Assembly (NCBI GenBank): GCA_002104945.1
Contig: MCFH01000058.1
Coordinates: 124,001-188,000 of the forward strand
Origin: Piromyces finnis finn
Taxonomy: Eukaryota > Fungi > Neocallimastigomycota
Direction of reading: 5' to 3'
DNA length: 64,000 nucleotides
Shown: positions 1 through 12,590 of the stretch, piece after piece
How positions within the stretch are numbered: the first letter of the stretch is position 1
How the letters are laid out: the number at the start of each line of letters is the position of its first letter
Position numbers and translations under genes: made by a program
The notes under the pieces: generated by a model
Told to the model about the DNA's origin: nothing
Databases searched by the model: none
Seen by the model: only the letters and a program-made list of their open reading frames with translations

Positions 1-28
1 TCTTGTTGTTGTTGATCGTCTTACAAAA

Positions 29-976
29 ATGATTCATCTCATTCCGTTCAAAAGTATTCCTTCCGCCGCCGAAACAGCTACGGCCTTTATTGATAATATT
101 TTCCGTCTTCATGGCCTACCTGAATCTATTGTCTCGGATAGAGGTTCTCAATTTACCTCTAAATTCTTCCAATCCATCTGTTCCTCCCTTGGCATTGAAC
201 TTAAGTTGTCTACTCCATTTCATCATCAATCAAACGGTCAGACGGAGAGGGTGAACTCCGTTATAGAACAATATTTAAGATGTTTCTCAAATTATAAAGG
301 TTCAAATTGGAAAAGTTTTCTTAGTCTTGCAGAATTTAGTTATAACAACGTGGTCCAAGAATCATCCAAATTTTCTCCATTCTTTTTGAATTACGGCTTT
401 CATCCAAAATATTCACCAGTTATTCCAGACTTATCTAAAGTCCCAAGAGCAGAAGAGTTTACAAGAGATTTTAAAACTTTAATTAATACCTTAAAAGAAA
501 ATTTAAAATCTGCCATGGAAACCCAGAAGAAGCATGCTGACAAACGTAGAAAAGAAGCTCCGAATTTTAAAGTTGGTGACAAAGTTTGGCTGGATAGTTC
601 TTTAATTATCCACAAAGGAAATAAAAAATTTAAGCCAAGAAAACTCGGCCCATACAAAATCTTGGAAAAAATATCAAATGTTACATTTAAATTAAGTCTC
701 CCAAAATCTATTAAGATTCATCCAGTTATTCATGTATCCAATCTCGAGAAATATGTCGAAGATAAATTTGGAAGATCTCAACCACCACCGCCACCTATTA
801 CCGTTGACAATGAAGAAGAATACGAAGTTGAAGAAATTCTGGATAAAAGAAGACATTACGGAAAAATACAATACCTGATTAAATGGAAAGGGTATTCAAT
901 TAATGAAGCTTCGTGGGAGCCTGAAGAAAATCTAAATTGCAAGGGGCTACTTAAAAAATTTAATAGAAAGAAATAA
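29..976 (+). CDS. Integrase C-terminal half plus chromodomain (partial pol)
   Basis: [36 protein letters not shown], and chromodomain [10 protein letters not shown]...YLIKWKGY...SWEPEENL. Confidence 0.95.
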   Translation: MIHLIPFKSIPSAAETATAFIDNIFRLHGLPESIVSDRGSQFTSKFFQSICSSLGIELKLSTPFHHQSNGQTERVNSVIEQYLRCFSNYKGSNWKSFLSLAEFSYNNVVQESSKFSPFFLNYGFHPKYSPVIPDLSKVPRAEEFTRDFKTLINTLKENLKSAMETQKKHADKRRKEAPNFKVGDKVWLDSSLIIHKGNKKFKPRKLGPYKILEKISNVTFKLSLPKSIKIHPVIHVSNLEKYVEDKFGRSQPPPPPITVDNEEEYEVEEILDKRRHYGKIQYLIKWKGYSINEASWEPEENLNCKGLLKKFNRKK

Positions 977-1283
977 AAAATAGTTAAAAAATTCAAATTA
1001 TATTTATTATTAATATTAAAATCACAATTATTATTATTATCAAAACTTATTAATATCATTATCAATATCAATTTTATTATTAAACAATTTATTAATATTA
1101 AATTTATCAATATTTTATTTTTAACTTTAGTAATATTAAAAAAAAAATGTATTTTATTATATTAAATGTATTTTTATAATTAAGAAAATTCACTCCTTAG
1201 TTTAGTTTATTAAAAAAAAAAAACATATATTTAAATATTAAAATTCTAGATTCGTCTGGTATCCGAATCCTGGAGGAGGACCA

Positions 1284-1722
1284 TGTAATGAATACTAGAA
1301 ATAACTAAATTGTCTTAGTGGTTAGTAGCTAAGACTTTGAGTCTGAATGACACTAGTTCGAGACCTCATAGATACTATTTTAAAAAAATTATAATTTTAT
1401 TTTATTTTATTTTATTTTTAAATTTTATTTTATATGAAGATTATTGATTGGTTAAGAATTTTAAGTTGAAAAAATTTTATAAATTAATTTAAAAAATTTT
1501 TAGTATAAATACGAGTGAATTTTCCCAAATATTTTAAAGAATCGAGATTTTATTAATAAATAATTATATTATTAAACACTAACTTATTAAGTTAAATTCT
1601 ATGTGTTTTTAATGATATTTTTATAAATTAATAATTTACAGAATATTTTAAAGTGTTAATATTACTAAGTTATTTAGTAAATATTATAATTTGTTTTATT
1701 GTTAAAGACACATTTCTTTACA
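1284..1722 (+). repeat. 3' LTR of element A (439 bp, TG...CA)
   Basis: Follows the PPT directly. TATAAATA near 1504. Both ends match the copy at about 28897-29314. Confidence 0.88.
1310..1384 (+). promoter_or_regulatory. tRNA-like Pol III A-box/B-box cassette inside the LTR U3 region
   Basis: TAGTGGTTAG (1316-1325), anticodon-like loop CTTTGAG (1335-1341), GTTCGAGAC (1356-1364), then a T4 run at 1378-1381. Not a full cloverleaf: acceptor and T stems are missing. Confidence 0.6.
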
Positions 1723-3415
1723 GAAGCAAACGAGTCAGATAGCCAAGTTAGCTTGGAAGAGCTGCATGCTGTGGAAAATGCCTTTACTGTAGAACATGAG
1801 GAAAGGTTACAAGACCACCAGCAAGTGCTAAACAACCAAGAAACGTTGTACCGTCAATCTAGTGCCTTTGTCTCTTATAAAAAAGAGCTTGAAGAAGAGA
1901 TGGCCAGATTGAGGGAACAACGAAACGCTCTAGAAGAAAGGAAAAAACTGTTCGAGGCTAAAGTCGAAGCCATGAACAGAAGAGCTGAAGCCAGAGCTCA
2001 TGAAAGAACATCCTACCAAACCGGTGGTATGGGTAATCCTCATGGTGCTGGAACTAGTAGTAGCACCAACCCTACGGAATATTCCGAGGACGTGGACGTG
2101 AAGATGTTCGATTGGCGAGTACATAGGTATGAAGAAAAAGTGCCTACGTTTGATAATAACGAGATAGACTTAGAGGGTTTTCAGGAGAAGTGCTTACGTC
2201 ATTTCAAACGTTACCCATATGACTATGGTAACGACGAAAAGGCAAAGGTTAGCTTCATTGAAGATCATCTAGGTGGGAAAGTATTGAGATGGTATAGGCT
2301 TAGGGAGAGGATGTTACAGCGTAGGAATCCTGATGCTGAAAGGCTATTCCTCCACCTTCAAGATAAGTTCCCACCAGAGTCTCCCCATGAACTCTGCAAG
2401 TCAAAGTTGCTTAAGCTCACACATGAGTGGGGAAAAGCATACGACTATTTGGAAGAGTTCAATGAATTGACGGAAACACTTGGGCTTCCTAATAATGTTA
2501 GGAGACAGGTGTTAACACAACAGGTCAGGCCTTCTGTCAGGGAAACGTTCTATGATATCCCTAAATAGGAACGTACGTTGGAAACATTAAGTGAAGTCTT
2601 GTTAAAGTGTGATGATCACCAAGCAGTCTTCCGCAATGAAACCATAGAAAAGTATGACAAGAGAGATCGTCAGACCACTATCATTGCCTTGTTGGATATT
2701 ACAAACCCATGCAGACCTTCTAAATGGGCCGAGTTAAAGCAGAAGAACAACAAGCCAAATAACAAGCCTAAAGTTGAGCAGACCAACACTCAGGCTTATG
2801 TAAAAAATGGTAATAACAAAGAACGTCGTGTGTCGTTCAACAAACCGGGTTTTAGAAGAAGTCCTGGCTTCCAACCAAAGCAAGGACCTTCTAGTATGAG
2901 AAATAATCCCTTACCTAAAGCCATGGCTAGTCAGCCAACGGTGAATAATAGCTACTACAGTCAAAATCAACTAGTAGCTGAAATAAATGCAAGAAGCAAT
3001 CCTCGAGATATAAAAAGGGTAGAAGTCTTGTATGACACTGGTTCCACTACAAACCTCATTCACCCAAACTTAGCAAAGAAACTCGGGTTGAAGGTAGTGG
3101 ATAAACCAGCCATATTTAGAACTGTTAATGGAGATATCGAGTTAAAACAGTTCTCAGACGACTTGCAGTTGAAGTTGTGGTTAACTCCATCTGGCGAACA
3201 AGAAGCTAAACCATACTGCTTCAACACAAGTTGCCACCTGTCCGACAACATGCCGGAGATGATTATCGTGGGCTTGGGCTTCATGGACGAGCACTTTATC
3301 TACAGAGGTTATGATAAAGATGCACAAGTGAGGTACTTTGTAGTAGATAATGGTAAAGAAAAGGAACCCACCAACAGTTATGGTATAAATGGTGGTGACA
3401 TCTACTACTGTACTC

Positions 3416-3854
3416 TGTAACGTATAAAGGTTTTGTACCTTTTCCAAGAAATTATATATTTCGGGGTTCCCTAAGCTGGCTTCGCCGTCAGGTTGTTGGA
3501 CGCTGACCTACTTGTCATGTGTTCGACTCCGGGTTCTCTATATTATGGATTAAATATAGCGATTGCTATATTTAATCCATAATATTTGTCTATTTCTATT
3601 TCTTCTTTTTTATTTAAATAATTGAAGTTACCAATCAATATGAATAATGTTTATTCATAATTATTAAATAAGAATATTTATAAATAGTAAATATAAATAA
3701 TTTATAGAATTCATGTAAATTTAGTCTTTAGAATTAGTATTAAGGTTAATTTGTATTAATAATATTAAATAATTAAATTATTAATAAAATATACTATTAA
3801 TACAAAAAATAGTTAATTAGTATTGTGTTAACCTGAGTCTCTCGCGTTGTTACA
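3416..3854 (+). mobile_element. Solo LTR (439 bp) with 6-bp TSD GTACTC
   Basis: TGTAAC...GTTACA termini. GTACTC at 3410-3415 and 3855-3860. Removing it restores the flanking reading frame (YYCT|QLSP). Confidence 0.85.
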
Positions 3855-3958
3855 GTACTCAATTAAGTCCCATAACCACAATTACCAATGCAAAAGCAAG
3901 AAGGCCTCTGGTAACTAACTGCGGAAAACATAGAAGCCGAAATCGTGGGTAATGGTAG

Positions 3959-4479
3959 TGTAACGAGTTTCTATATAAAGAATTTATTAATGTAGGAATT
4001 AATAATATTTATATAGAAAAATAAATTTTGTATTCCCTATAAGTCAATAAATTTATTTATTTAAAATAATTTTTTATTATTATTAAGTTTTTTAAAAATA
4101 AAGATTTAAATTTAAAAGTTAATAAAAACACAACTATTTAATTTTTGATTCACATCACTTCTATTTATACTTTTTCTAAATCTGATGTGGCTAAATTAAA
4201 AATTAAATTTTCTTTCTAAATTATTCTTTAAATTAATTAAAAATTACATAAAATGAATCTCGTGATAAAAATACATAAAATATTTAATTTTTCGAATATT
4301 CGAACTTATTCTTTTTCGAATAAGTTCTATAAGTTTCTATAAGTCATAAATTAAATTTGTTAAATAAATAATTTAAAATAAATTTTGGATCAAGGTGTGA
4401 GTCGAACCCGAGTGATCCAGATTAATGTCTTAAATACTAACCATTAAGACAATATTAATTTTCTAATAGATTCGTTACA
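3959..4479 (-). mobile_element. Solo LTR (521 bp) related to the element A LTR, 5-bp TSD GGTAG
   Basis: TGTAACGA...TCGTTACA termini. GGTAG at 3954-3958 and 4480-4484. The minus strand starts TGTAACGAATC...TTGTCTTAATGGTTAGTA, like LTR A. Confidence 0.9.
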
Positions 4480-4517
4480 GGTAGCCACAAGGCTGCAAGA
4501 GAACCCAGGGACGGAAG

Positions 4518-4830
4518 TTCCGGAGGGTTGGCATCGAGTTCCAACTTTGAGAAATCGATGATTTCAGTAGGGTTGGTACGAAGTGCTAACTTAGAGAAAA
4601 TTCGCGTTTCCGGAGGTTGACACAAAGTTCCGACTTAGAGAGAAAAATTCCGTTTCAGTAGGGTTGGTACAGAGTGTTGACTTAGAGAAAAAATGCGATT
4701 CCGGAGGGTTGGCATTTGAATCCAACTTAGAGAAAACTTGTGTTTCAGGAGGGTTGGTACAAGAGTCGAACTTAGAGAAAAATCACATTTACGTAGGGCT
4801 GGTACAGGAAGGAAACTTAAACAAAAACCA
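4518..4830 (+). repeat. About 7 diverged 45-bp tandem repeats in the protease-RT linker of element B
   Basis: Units such as ttccggagggttggc...cttagagaaaa alternate with ttcagtagggttggtac...cttagagaaaa. In the pol frame they read about FRRVGTRVELREKSH (15 aa). Confidence 0.8.
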
Positions 4831-6979
4831 AAAAACCAACCTACGCCTGAAGAAATTGTGGAGAAGTACTACCACAATTTCAAAGAAGCATTTAATAAAG
4901 AAATAGCAAACCAGCTACCAGAACATCGTCCTTACGACTGTAAGATCGACTTGGAGCCGGATGTTAGTCTTCATAAAGGGCCTATATATCCCTTCAATCC
5001 AGAAGAAGAAAAAGCACTGAAGGAATATATAGAGGAAAACCTGGCAAAGGGCTTCATAAGAAAGTCAGAGAGTCCTGCAGGTTATCCTGTGTTATTCGTG
5101 CCCAAAAAGAGTGGTGAAAGACGATTATGTACTGACTATAGGCGTCTTAATAAGGTAACAGTGCGTAACTCCTTCCCCTTACCACTCATCAGTCAAGTAT
5201 TCGAGGCTATGAAAGGTGCGACTATCTTCTCCAAGCTGGATTTGAAGTCTGCCTACAACCTCGTGCGTATTCGTGAAGGTGACGAATACAAGACGGCATT
5301 CTCAACCAAGTTTGGGCATTACGAATATCTAGTGATGCCATTTGGGTTGACTAATGCTCCTGCCACGTTCCAAGGGTTCATCAATACGGTGCTGGCAGAG
5401 GAAATCAATGACTGCTGTCAGGTGTACTTGGATGATATCATCATCTACTCCAAGACACTTGAAGAGCATGTAGGGCATGTAAAAAGAGTCCTACAAAAGC
5501 TAATAGATAATCGTCTAGTAGCTAAATTAGCCAAGTGTGAGTTCCACAAGGACGAACTTGCATTCCTGGGTCACGTAGTTGGAAATTATGGTATTAAAAC
5601 GGACCCAGAGAAGTTAAAAGCTGTAGCTAGTTGGCCACAACCAACCAACATCAAAGAACTACAGTCGTTCCTGGGGTTCTGTAACTATTATAGGAAGTTT
5701 ATAAAGGACTTCTCTAAGTTAGTTCCAATAAATATATATTAAAATGATCAATATTAATTTATATAATTAAAGTCATTATTCAAGTCATCCAACTTTCTAT
5801 AAATAATTCAATTTAAAAAAACTCTCCATTATTATTAAATAAAGTTAGATAATAAGTATTCTTGATTTCAAACCTAATCAATTATAAAAATTAATTAATA
5901 ATTTTTCAAATAATTTTTGATTAATAATTTCAATCATAATCAAACCAAAAAACCTTTGGATCAAAAATCATTAGTTATAATTATTAATTAATTATTCATG
6001 AGAATATATAATTAGTATCGGCAATTGTTATTCTCAATTTATAATATTAAATATTTACAATTTAAAATGGTTAAAACAATACTTTTATTTTAAAAGTAAT
6101 TTAAAAGATTAATCTTAAGATCTATCATATGAATTCATATTATTAATATCAATATCAATTATTAATATTTTAATTTAAAATTATTTTATTTTTATCTTTA
6201 TTATTAATATCAATATTAATATCAATGTAATTTTATTATATGTAAGAAAAAAGTATTTAAACAAAGAATTGAAATCAATTTTGAAATTCTTTGTAAGATT
6301 ATTAATTATTAATTATTAACTATAATATAACTTAATAAATATTATTTTCATAAATAAATAATTAATAAATAAATTTCATAATTAAATTATATTAGAATTT
6401 TTATTTTAAATATAAAAACCCATTTAATTTTAAATTAGTATTATTTAAAATTCTTTAATAAGTTTTAAAGAAAAGGTTTAGTAATAAATAAGTTTAATAT
6501 TTTATTCTAGACTAAGTTATATTTTATAAAACATTCTGACCAAGTTACATACCAACCCTAGCCCACTTCACAAATTAAATTATTGGATTTAGGTCTGTGC
6601 TACTCTATTTTTAAAACAAAACAAAACAAACAAGACAACAACAGAAAAACTTCCAATTTAATTTTAATTTTTTATTTATAAAATAACTTTATTCCTCTAA
6701 TTTATGACAACTGCTGATCACTTTACCACGAAGGTTATTTGACCAGAGCCTTCGCTAGGTAACCAGGTTTTTTAAATAAAATAAAAAATGTTTTATTATA
6801 ACTTTATTAATAATATAATATTATTAATACTAATTAATTAATTATCAATAATTACTATTTTCCAACTATCTTTCAATAGTTGAGAAATTTTCTTTATTTA
6901 TACTTTTTAAATAAATTGAATAAATTCTAATATACATGTTTTAATATTATAATTTTACATTGTTTACATTTATACATTA

Positions 6980-9375
6980 AAAGAAATCTTAAATTCAACA
7001 CCTAATAATATTAAATCAAAATTTAAACGCATTATAAATAAATATAAAAATTGTATGGCTACATCAATGTCACAATTAACTACTGCGGATTTAGAACCTC
7101 ATTCTATAATTACTACTACTAATAAACCGATAAAATTAAAACTTTATAAATTATCTAAGGAACATGCTGATATTTTAAAAAGTGAAATTCTTTCATTACT
7201 TGATAAAGGCTTAATTACTCCTTTTCATTCTCCATGGTCATTTCCAGTTTTACTTGTACAAAAGAAAAATGGTAAATGGAGAATGTATATTGATTATAGA
7301 AGACTTAATGAAATTACTAATAAGGATTCTTATGCACTTCCTTTTATTGATGAATTAATCTCTTCTGTTAATGGCGCAAAAATATTTTCTGCTTTAGATT
7401 TATATTCTGGTTACCACCAAATTCATATGAATCCTAATGATATTGAGAAAACTGCTTTTACAACAAAATTTGGTAATTATAATTTTAAAGTAATGCCATT
7501 TGGTTTAACTAATGCTCCCGCTACTTTCCAGCGAGAAATGAATAGGATTCTCTTACCATTAATTGGTAAATGTCTTTTTGTATACATTGATGATATTGTT
7601 GTTTATTCTAAATCACCAGAAGAACATCTTTATCATTTATAACAAGTTTTTGAAATATTATCTGAATATAACCTCTCTATTAATTTACAAAAATATAAAT
7701 TCTTTCAAGAAAAGGTAGAAGTACTAAGATACGTACTTACACCTAATGGATTAAAAATTGTTCCTTCTAAAGTTCAAAGTATCGCTTTATGGAATGCCCC
7801 AGGAAATGTTAACGAACTAAGATCATTCCTAAGTTTAGCTAGTTACTACCGCAAATTTTTTCAAAATTTTTCTATTAGAGCATGTTCTTTTTTTAATTTG
7901 TTAAAGAAAGACCAAGAATATATTTGGTCATAAGAATGTAATGATACTTTTGAAGATATCCTGACAATATCTATTAAGTGATCCTATTTTAAGTTATCCT
8001 GATTTTAATAAAGAATTTATTATTCGTACTGATGCATCAACTAATGGCATTAGTACTGTACTCTTACAGGTGAAGGAGGACAAATTGGAACATCCAATTT
8101 GTTGTATTAGTCGTACTTTATCTACTTCAGAAAAAAATTATTCTGTTACTGATCTTGAAGGATTAGCTATTTATTATGCTATTTTACAATTCCGCCAATA
8201 TATAGTAATAAAAATCCTACCAAATTAATTACCGATCATAAACCATCACTTGGATTTTATAAAAAGAATATTCCATCAAAAAGTAGACATGCTAGATGGA
8301 TCGAAAAATTTAATAAATATAAAATTGAATTAAAATATGATAAAGGAAAGAAAAATGTTTTTGCTGATGCTCTTTCAAGATTGTCTTCTAAAAATTCTGA
8401 TGAAATAGTAAATTGTGCTTATGCAATTTTATCTGATTTTAATCCAAGAGATTTAGACCTACCTGAAGGAATAAAAAAATATTTTATAAAAAATTATCAA
8501 GTTGTTGATAATACTCTTTATTATAAAAAAATGGATTATATCTTAAAGTTATTTATAAAGATGAAGATAAAAAGGATATTATTAGTCGTGCTCATTCTGT
8601 TGGTCATGAAGGTGCTGAAAAGACTACAAATAGAATTTTAAAATCTTACTATTGGCCTGGTATTTGGAATGATGTAAGAATGTGGGTAAAGTCCTGTAGA
8701 AAATGTCAATTTTGCATACCTAAACCTTTACCTAAAAATGCTGAAGATAATATAACCCCAATTGAACAACCATTTACTAGAGTCGGATTAGATATAGTTG
8801 GTCCATTATCACTTACTAAATATGGAAATTCTTATATTATTACCCTTGTTGATTATTTCACCAAATGGGTTGAAGCTAAAGCAATTCCAAATATGAAATC
8901 AGAAGAAGTAATAAAATTTTTAATAGAAGTAATAACAAGACATAGTCCACCAGAAATAATTGTTACTGATAATGGAAGTTCTTTTATGTCTGATATTACT
9001 AAAATGATGATTTATCTGTATGGATCATGGGTTCATTTTGTTTCTCTTTATCACCCACAATCTAATCGTATGATTGAAAATCATAATAGAGAAATTGGAA
9101 AAACTTTAAGACTCTTAATTGAAAATGAATCTGAATGGGATGAATATCTACCATCTGCATTATGAGCACTTAGAACCACCAAAAATTCAAAAACTGAGTT
9201 TAGTAGTTTCGAACTATTATATAGTAGAAGAGACACATGGCCATTAGAAATAATGTTTCCTGATATTTATAAAGATTCTAATGAAACAGAAGAAGAATAT
9301 ATTTTTAGAAGATTTTTAAGACATCAAAATTTGGTAAAACAAGCTACTGAGTATTCTAATCATGCCAACCAATCT
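6980..9375 (+). pseudogene. Decayed Ty3/Gypsy pol (RT-RNase H-integrase), element C
   Basis: RT (KWRMYIDYRRLN, DLYSGYHQI, YIDDIV), RNase H-like RTDAS, integrase (DIVGP, VDYFTKW, TDNG). Many stops and frameshifts; no LTRs recognised. Confidence 0.9.
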
Positions 9376-12300
9376 AAAATAAAATTAATCCTAAACATTG
9401 CATATATTTTAATTATTGAAAGAAAATAATAAACTTTAATTAGTTGAGATCAAAATATATAACTTTTGTTAAATTAATTGTTAAATTAAATATTTAATAA
9501 CTTCTTTAGTAAGTTACACTTTAAAAGTAAACAAATATAATAATTCATGTTATAAAATTATATAATTAAACACTTTTATTAAAATACTAAAAATAATTAT
9601 TACTTTAATTAATTGTAAAATAAACAACTTTTTATATTCTTTAACCTTTAATTATTTCTTTTATTGTTATTTCTAATTACTTTTATTGTAAATAGTTATT
9701 AATTTTATTATTTTAATGTAAATAGTTTAAATTTAAAAGAAAATATAAATACATGTAAATATTCTTATTTTAATCAATATTATTATTATTAATAAAGAAA
9801 TATTATATAGTTTAGTTAATATTTTTATAATTTAAATAAACATTTTAATAATTTAATAAATAAAATTTTAAATATTTAAATATTAGAAAAACGAGTGTTT
9901 CTAATAAAACAATTTAGTGTTGTAATAAAACAATTTTATTAATTTTTATAAAAACAATTTCAAATTCTAATCCATATAACTTATATAGTTGTAATCAAAG
10001 ATATAATATAATAATCACTTTTTGAAGTAAAATCCAAAATTAAGATTATTATCAAATTATAATCAAATTATATCACCCTTTGATATGAGAAGATATCATC
10101 TTAATTCTATAATTTACTATAGAAAGTGATAATATTTGTATCTAAAATTTTAATAAATAAAAATAAGAAAATAAAATAGATGATTCCAATACTTGTTTAT
10201 TAACAAGTATCAGTTTTATAATATAAAATTTATTTATTTATAAAATTAAAAAATTATAATATTATTTAATAACTCTAGTATTATTAAATAATTAAAATGT
10301 ATTATTTATAATCTAATTTTCAGGGATTATTAGTAACCCTTTTAAAAATAAGTTTTATTATAAAATCATATTTGAATTTAAAATTTTAAAATATATATCT
10401 AATTTTTCGCTCTGGATAATTAGGAACATTTTTTTTAAAAGAACATTTTCTATTACTATTTATACAAAATTATTATTTTAAAGTATAATTATAAACAAAT
10501 ATAACTATTTAATTTAAAAAGAATTAAAATGTTAAGATTCATAAATAATTACTAAGTTTGTTATTCTTTGTTTTTATGAAGTATTCTTTATTTTAATAAT
10601 ATATTAAAAAGGCGTTTAAATTAATTATTATTAAATTACTCAGAAAATATATTGATAAAAACATATAAAAATTTAAAAATTATAGACACATGGAAGAAAG
10701 TTACCATAAATTTAAGTGAATTTAAATATATATAATCATTTAATATTATTATAAAAGTTGTCAAAATAAAGTCAAGAAAACAACAAAAAATATATATAAG
10801 CAACATATAAATCTTTAACCCTTAAGTGACTTCTTCACGTTACAAAAATCAATTAGAAACTATCATAAAATCAAAAATAAAGCGAACTATTAAAGGTGTT
10901 GTTTTTATTATATATTGATAACCTTGGAATTAATATATTTTACTATAATTTTTTTAAATACTACTACTACTACTACTAATAATAATAATAATAATTATTT
11001 AATTTAGGTTTTAGTATTTTATTTATTAATTATTAATAAGTTAAAGAGGCTATTGTTAAATGAAAATAAAATAGATGAAATTTATATGACTGAATGTCAT
11101 GTGTATGCATACATTAATGAAGTTTACATTAAATCTATGTTTTACATAAAATAATGTTATTAACATAAATAATGTTAATTATACATAGAAATATTTATTT
11201 ACATTATATCACGTGCATATTGATTATTTAACTATAGTTATTAATAATTAGATTATATAACAATAATAATAATAATAAATATAATAATAGTAATAATAAT
11301 AATTATTTTTTATAAAATATTTTTTGTATTTTTAGAACAAGGAATAATGAATATTTTCAAAAATGGAATATTTTAAATTAAATTAATTTATTTTTAATTT
11401 ATTTGAATATATTTTTTCTGTAAATGAAGAAAATGTTAATGAATAAAGTTCATATACAAAAAATATCATTTTCATATTTAATATAATTTTAAATTTAAAC
11501 ACAAATCGCCGTTTCAAATCTTAAAATGACTAAAAATTAACAAAGTGCCAATAAATTAAAATGGAATTTAATTTAATTAAATTATTGGATGCTTTTTTTT
11601 CGAACAGATTTATCTATAATAGTATTATATATAAAAATTATAAAAGTTATATATAACAATTTATATATAAATATATAATAAAAATTAAATATAAATAAAA
11701 TGTCATGTAATGTCATATTCATGTCATGTAATTATGTATTATAAATGAAAAAAAAAAAATGAATTAATTAATGTATGTATTAACAATGTAATTGTTTTAT
11801 GTATTTATATGTATTCTTTATAATATATTATTTATAATAAATTAAGAAATGTTTATAAAAAAGGAAAATTTTATTATTAATATATTATTAATATTATTAA
11901 TATATTTTATTTTAATATATAATATGTTAATGATTAATACTAATTTTTTGAAAGAAAGAATAAAAAAAAAGTAAAAAAAAAATAAAAATATTATTAAAGT
12001 GTCCTTTAATTCCATTAAAATCACGACTAAAAAATGGCCAAAAAAAAGTTTAATATTCTGAAAAATAACTTGATAAATGATTTTCTTTTTTTTGTAATAT
12101 TTTATTAATGTGGATGGAAAAAAAAAAACAAAAAAATTAAAGTTTACGATCAGTTTTGATTAAATTTAAATTGATTAAATTTAAAATTAAAAATAATTAA
12201 TTAAAACCCATTTCAATTTTTATTCTATCAATATAATAAAGGTTAGTTTAAAATATTAAAAAAAAATAATATTTATAATAAAACATGAAAAGAAAAAAGG

Positions 12301-12590
12301 AAAGCAAAATAAAAGTATAAAAATAATGCTAAACTTCTTTTTTCTTTTTTTTTGTTGTAAAAAAAATTTAAACCAACTTTTAGACAAAATCCATTTAATT
12401 ATTTTTATATTAAATAAAGTTTTAATTTAATTTAATTTTAATTAATTTTAATAAGAGACATAAAAAATATAAAAAAAAAAAAGAAAAATTAAAAAAAAAA
12501 TTTTAATAAAAAAAATTAAAATAAAAGCAATAATAATAGTAAAAAAAAACATATCAAAATAAAAAAAAAAAGTAAAAATATTTAAAAAAT

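Larger units (their letters stand above)
1..1722 (+). mobile_element. 3' end of a Ty3/Gypsy chromovirus-type LTR retrotransposon (element A); runs off the left edge of the window
   Basis: Integrase core, GPY/F motif and chromodomain, then 3' UTR, polypurine tract GGAGGAGGA at 1272-1280, and an LTR running TGTAATG (1284) to TTTACA (1722). A homologous LTR at about 28897-29314 ends in the same CACATTTCTTTACA. Confidence 0.9.
1723..5727 (+). pseudogene. Disrupted Ty3/Gypsy gag-protease-RT (element B); truncated 5' by element A and 3' after RT
   Basis: Gag-like ORF with an in-frame TAG at 2566-2568. Protease VLYDTGSTTNLI. RT motifs LCTDYRRLN, DLKSAY, MPFGLTNAPATFQ, YLDDII. Interrupted by two solo LTRs. 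Confidence 0.9.

Noticed and set aside
1310-1370. Functional tRNA-Gln gene
   Set aside because: Acceptor and T stems do not pair; kept only as a tRNA-derived promoter-like cassette.
1284-2568. LTR A acting as the 5' LTR of element B, with the ORF starting at 1699
   Set aside because: No PBS or self-priming complement follows 1722, and the gag frame is already open at the junction. Nested insertion into gag is simpler.
3460-3540. Hammerhead or other self-cleaving ribozyme (retrozyme) in the solo LTR
   Set aside because: No CUGANGA plus GAAA core with the required stems on either strand by eye.
4518-4830. CRISPR-like repeat array
   Set aside because: Units are contiguous, diverged, codon-phased repeats without unique spacers, inside a eukaryotic retrotransposon.
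6530-6780. Possible LTR/PBS junction or structured UTR upstream of element C
   Set aside because: No CA terminus, no second copy in the window, and the TGG-initiated segment matches no tRNA end I recognise.
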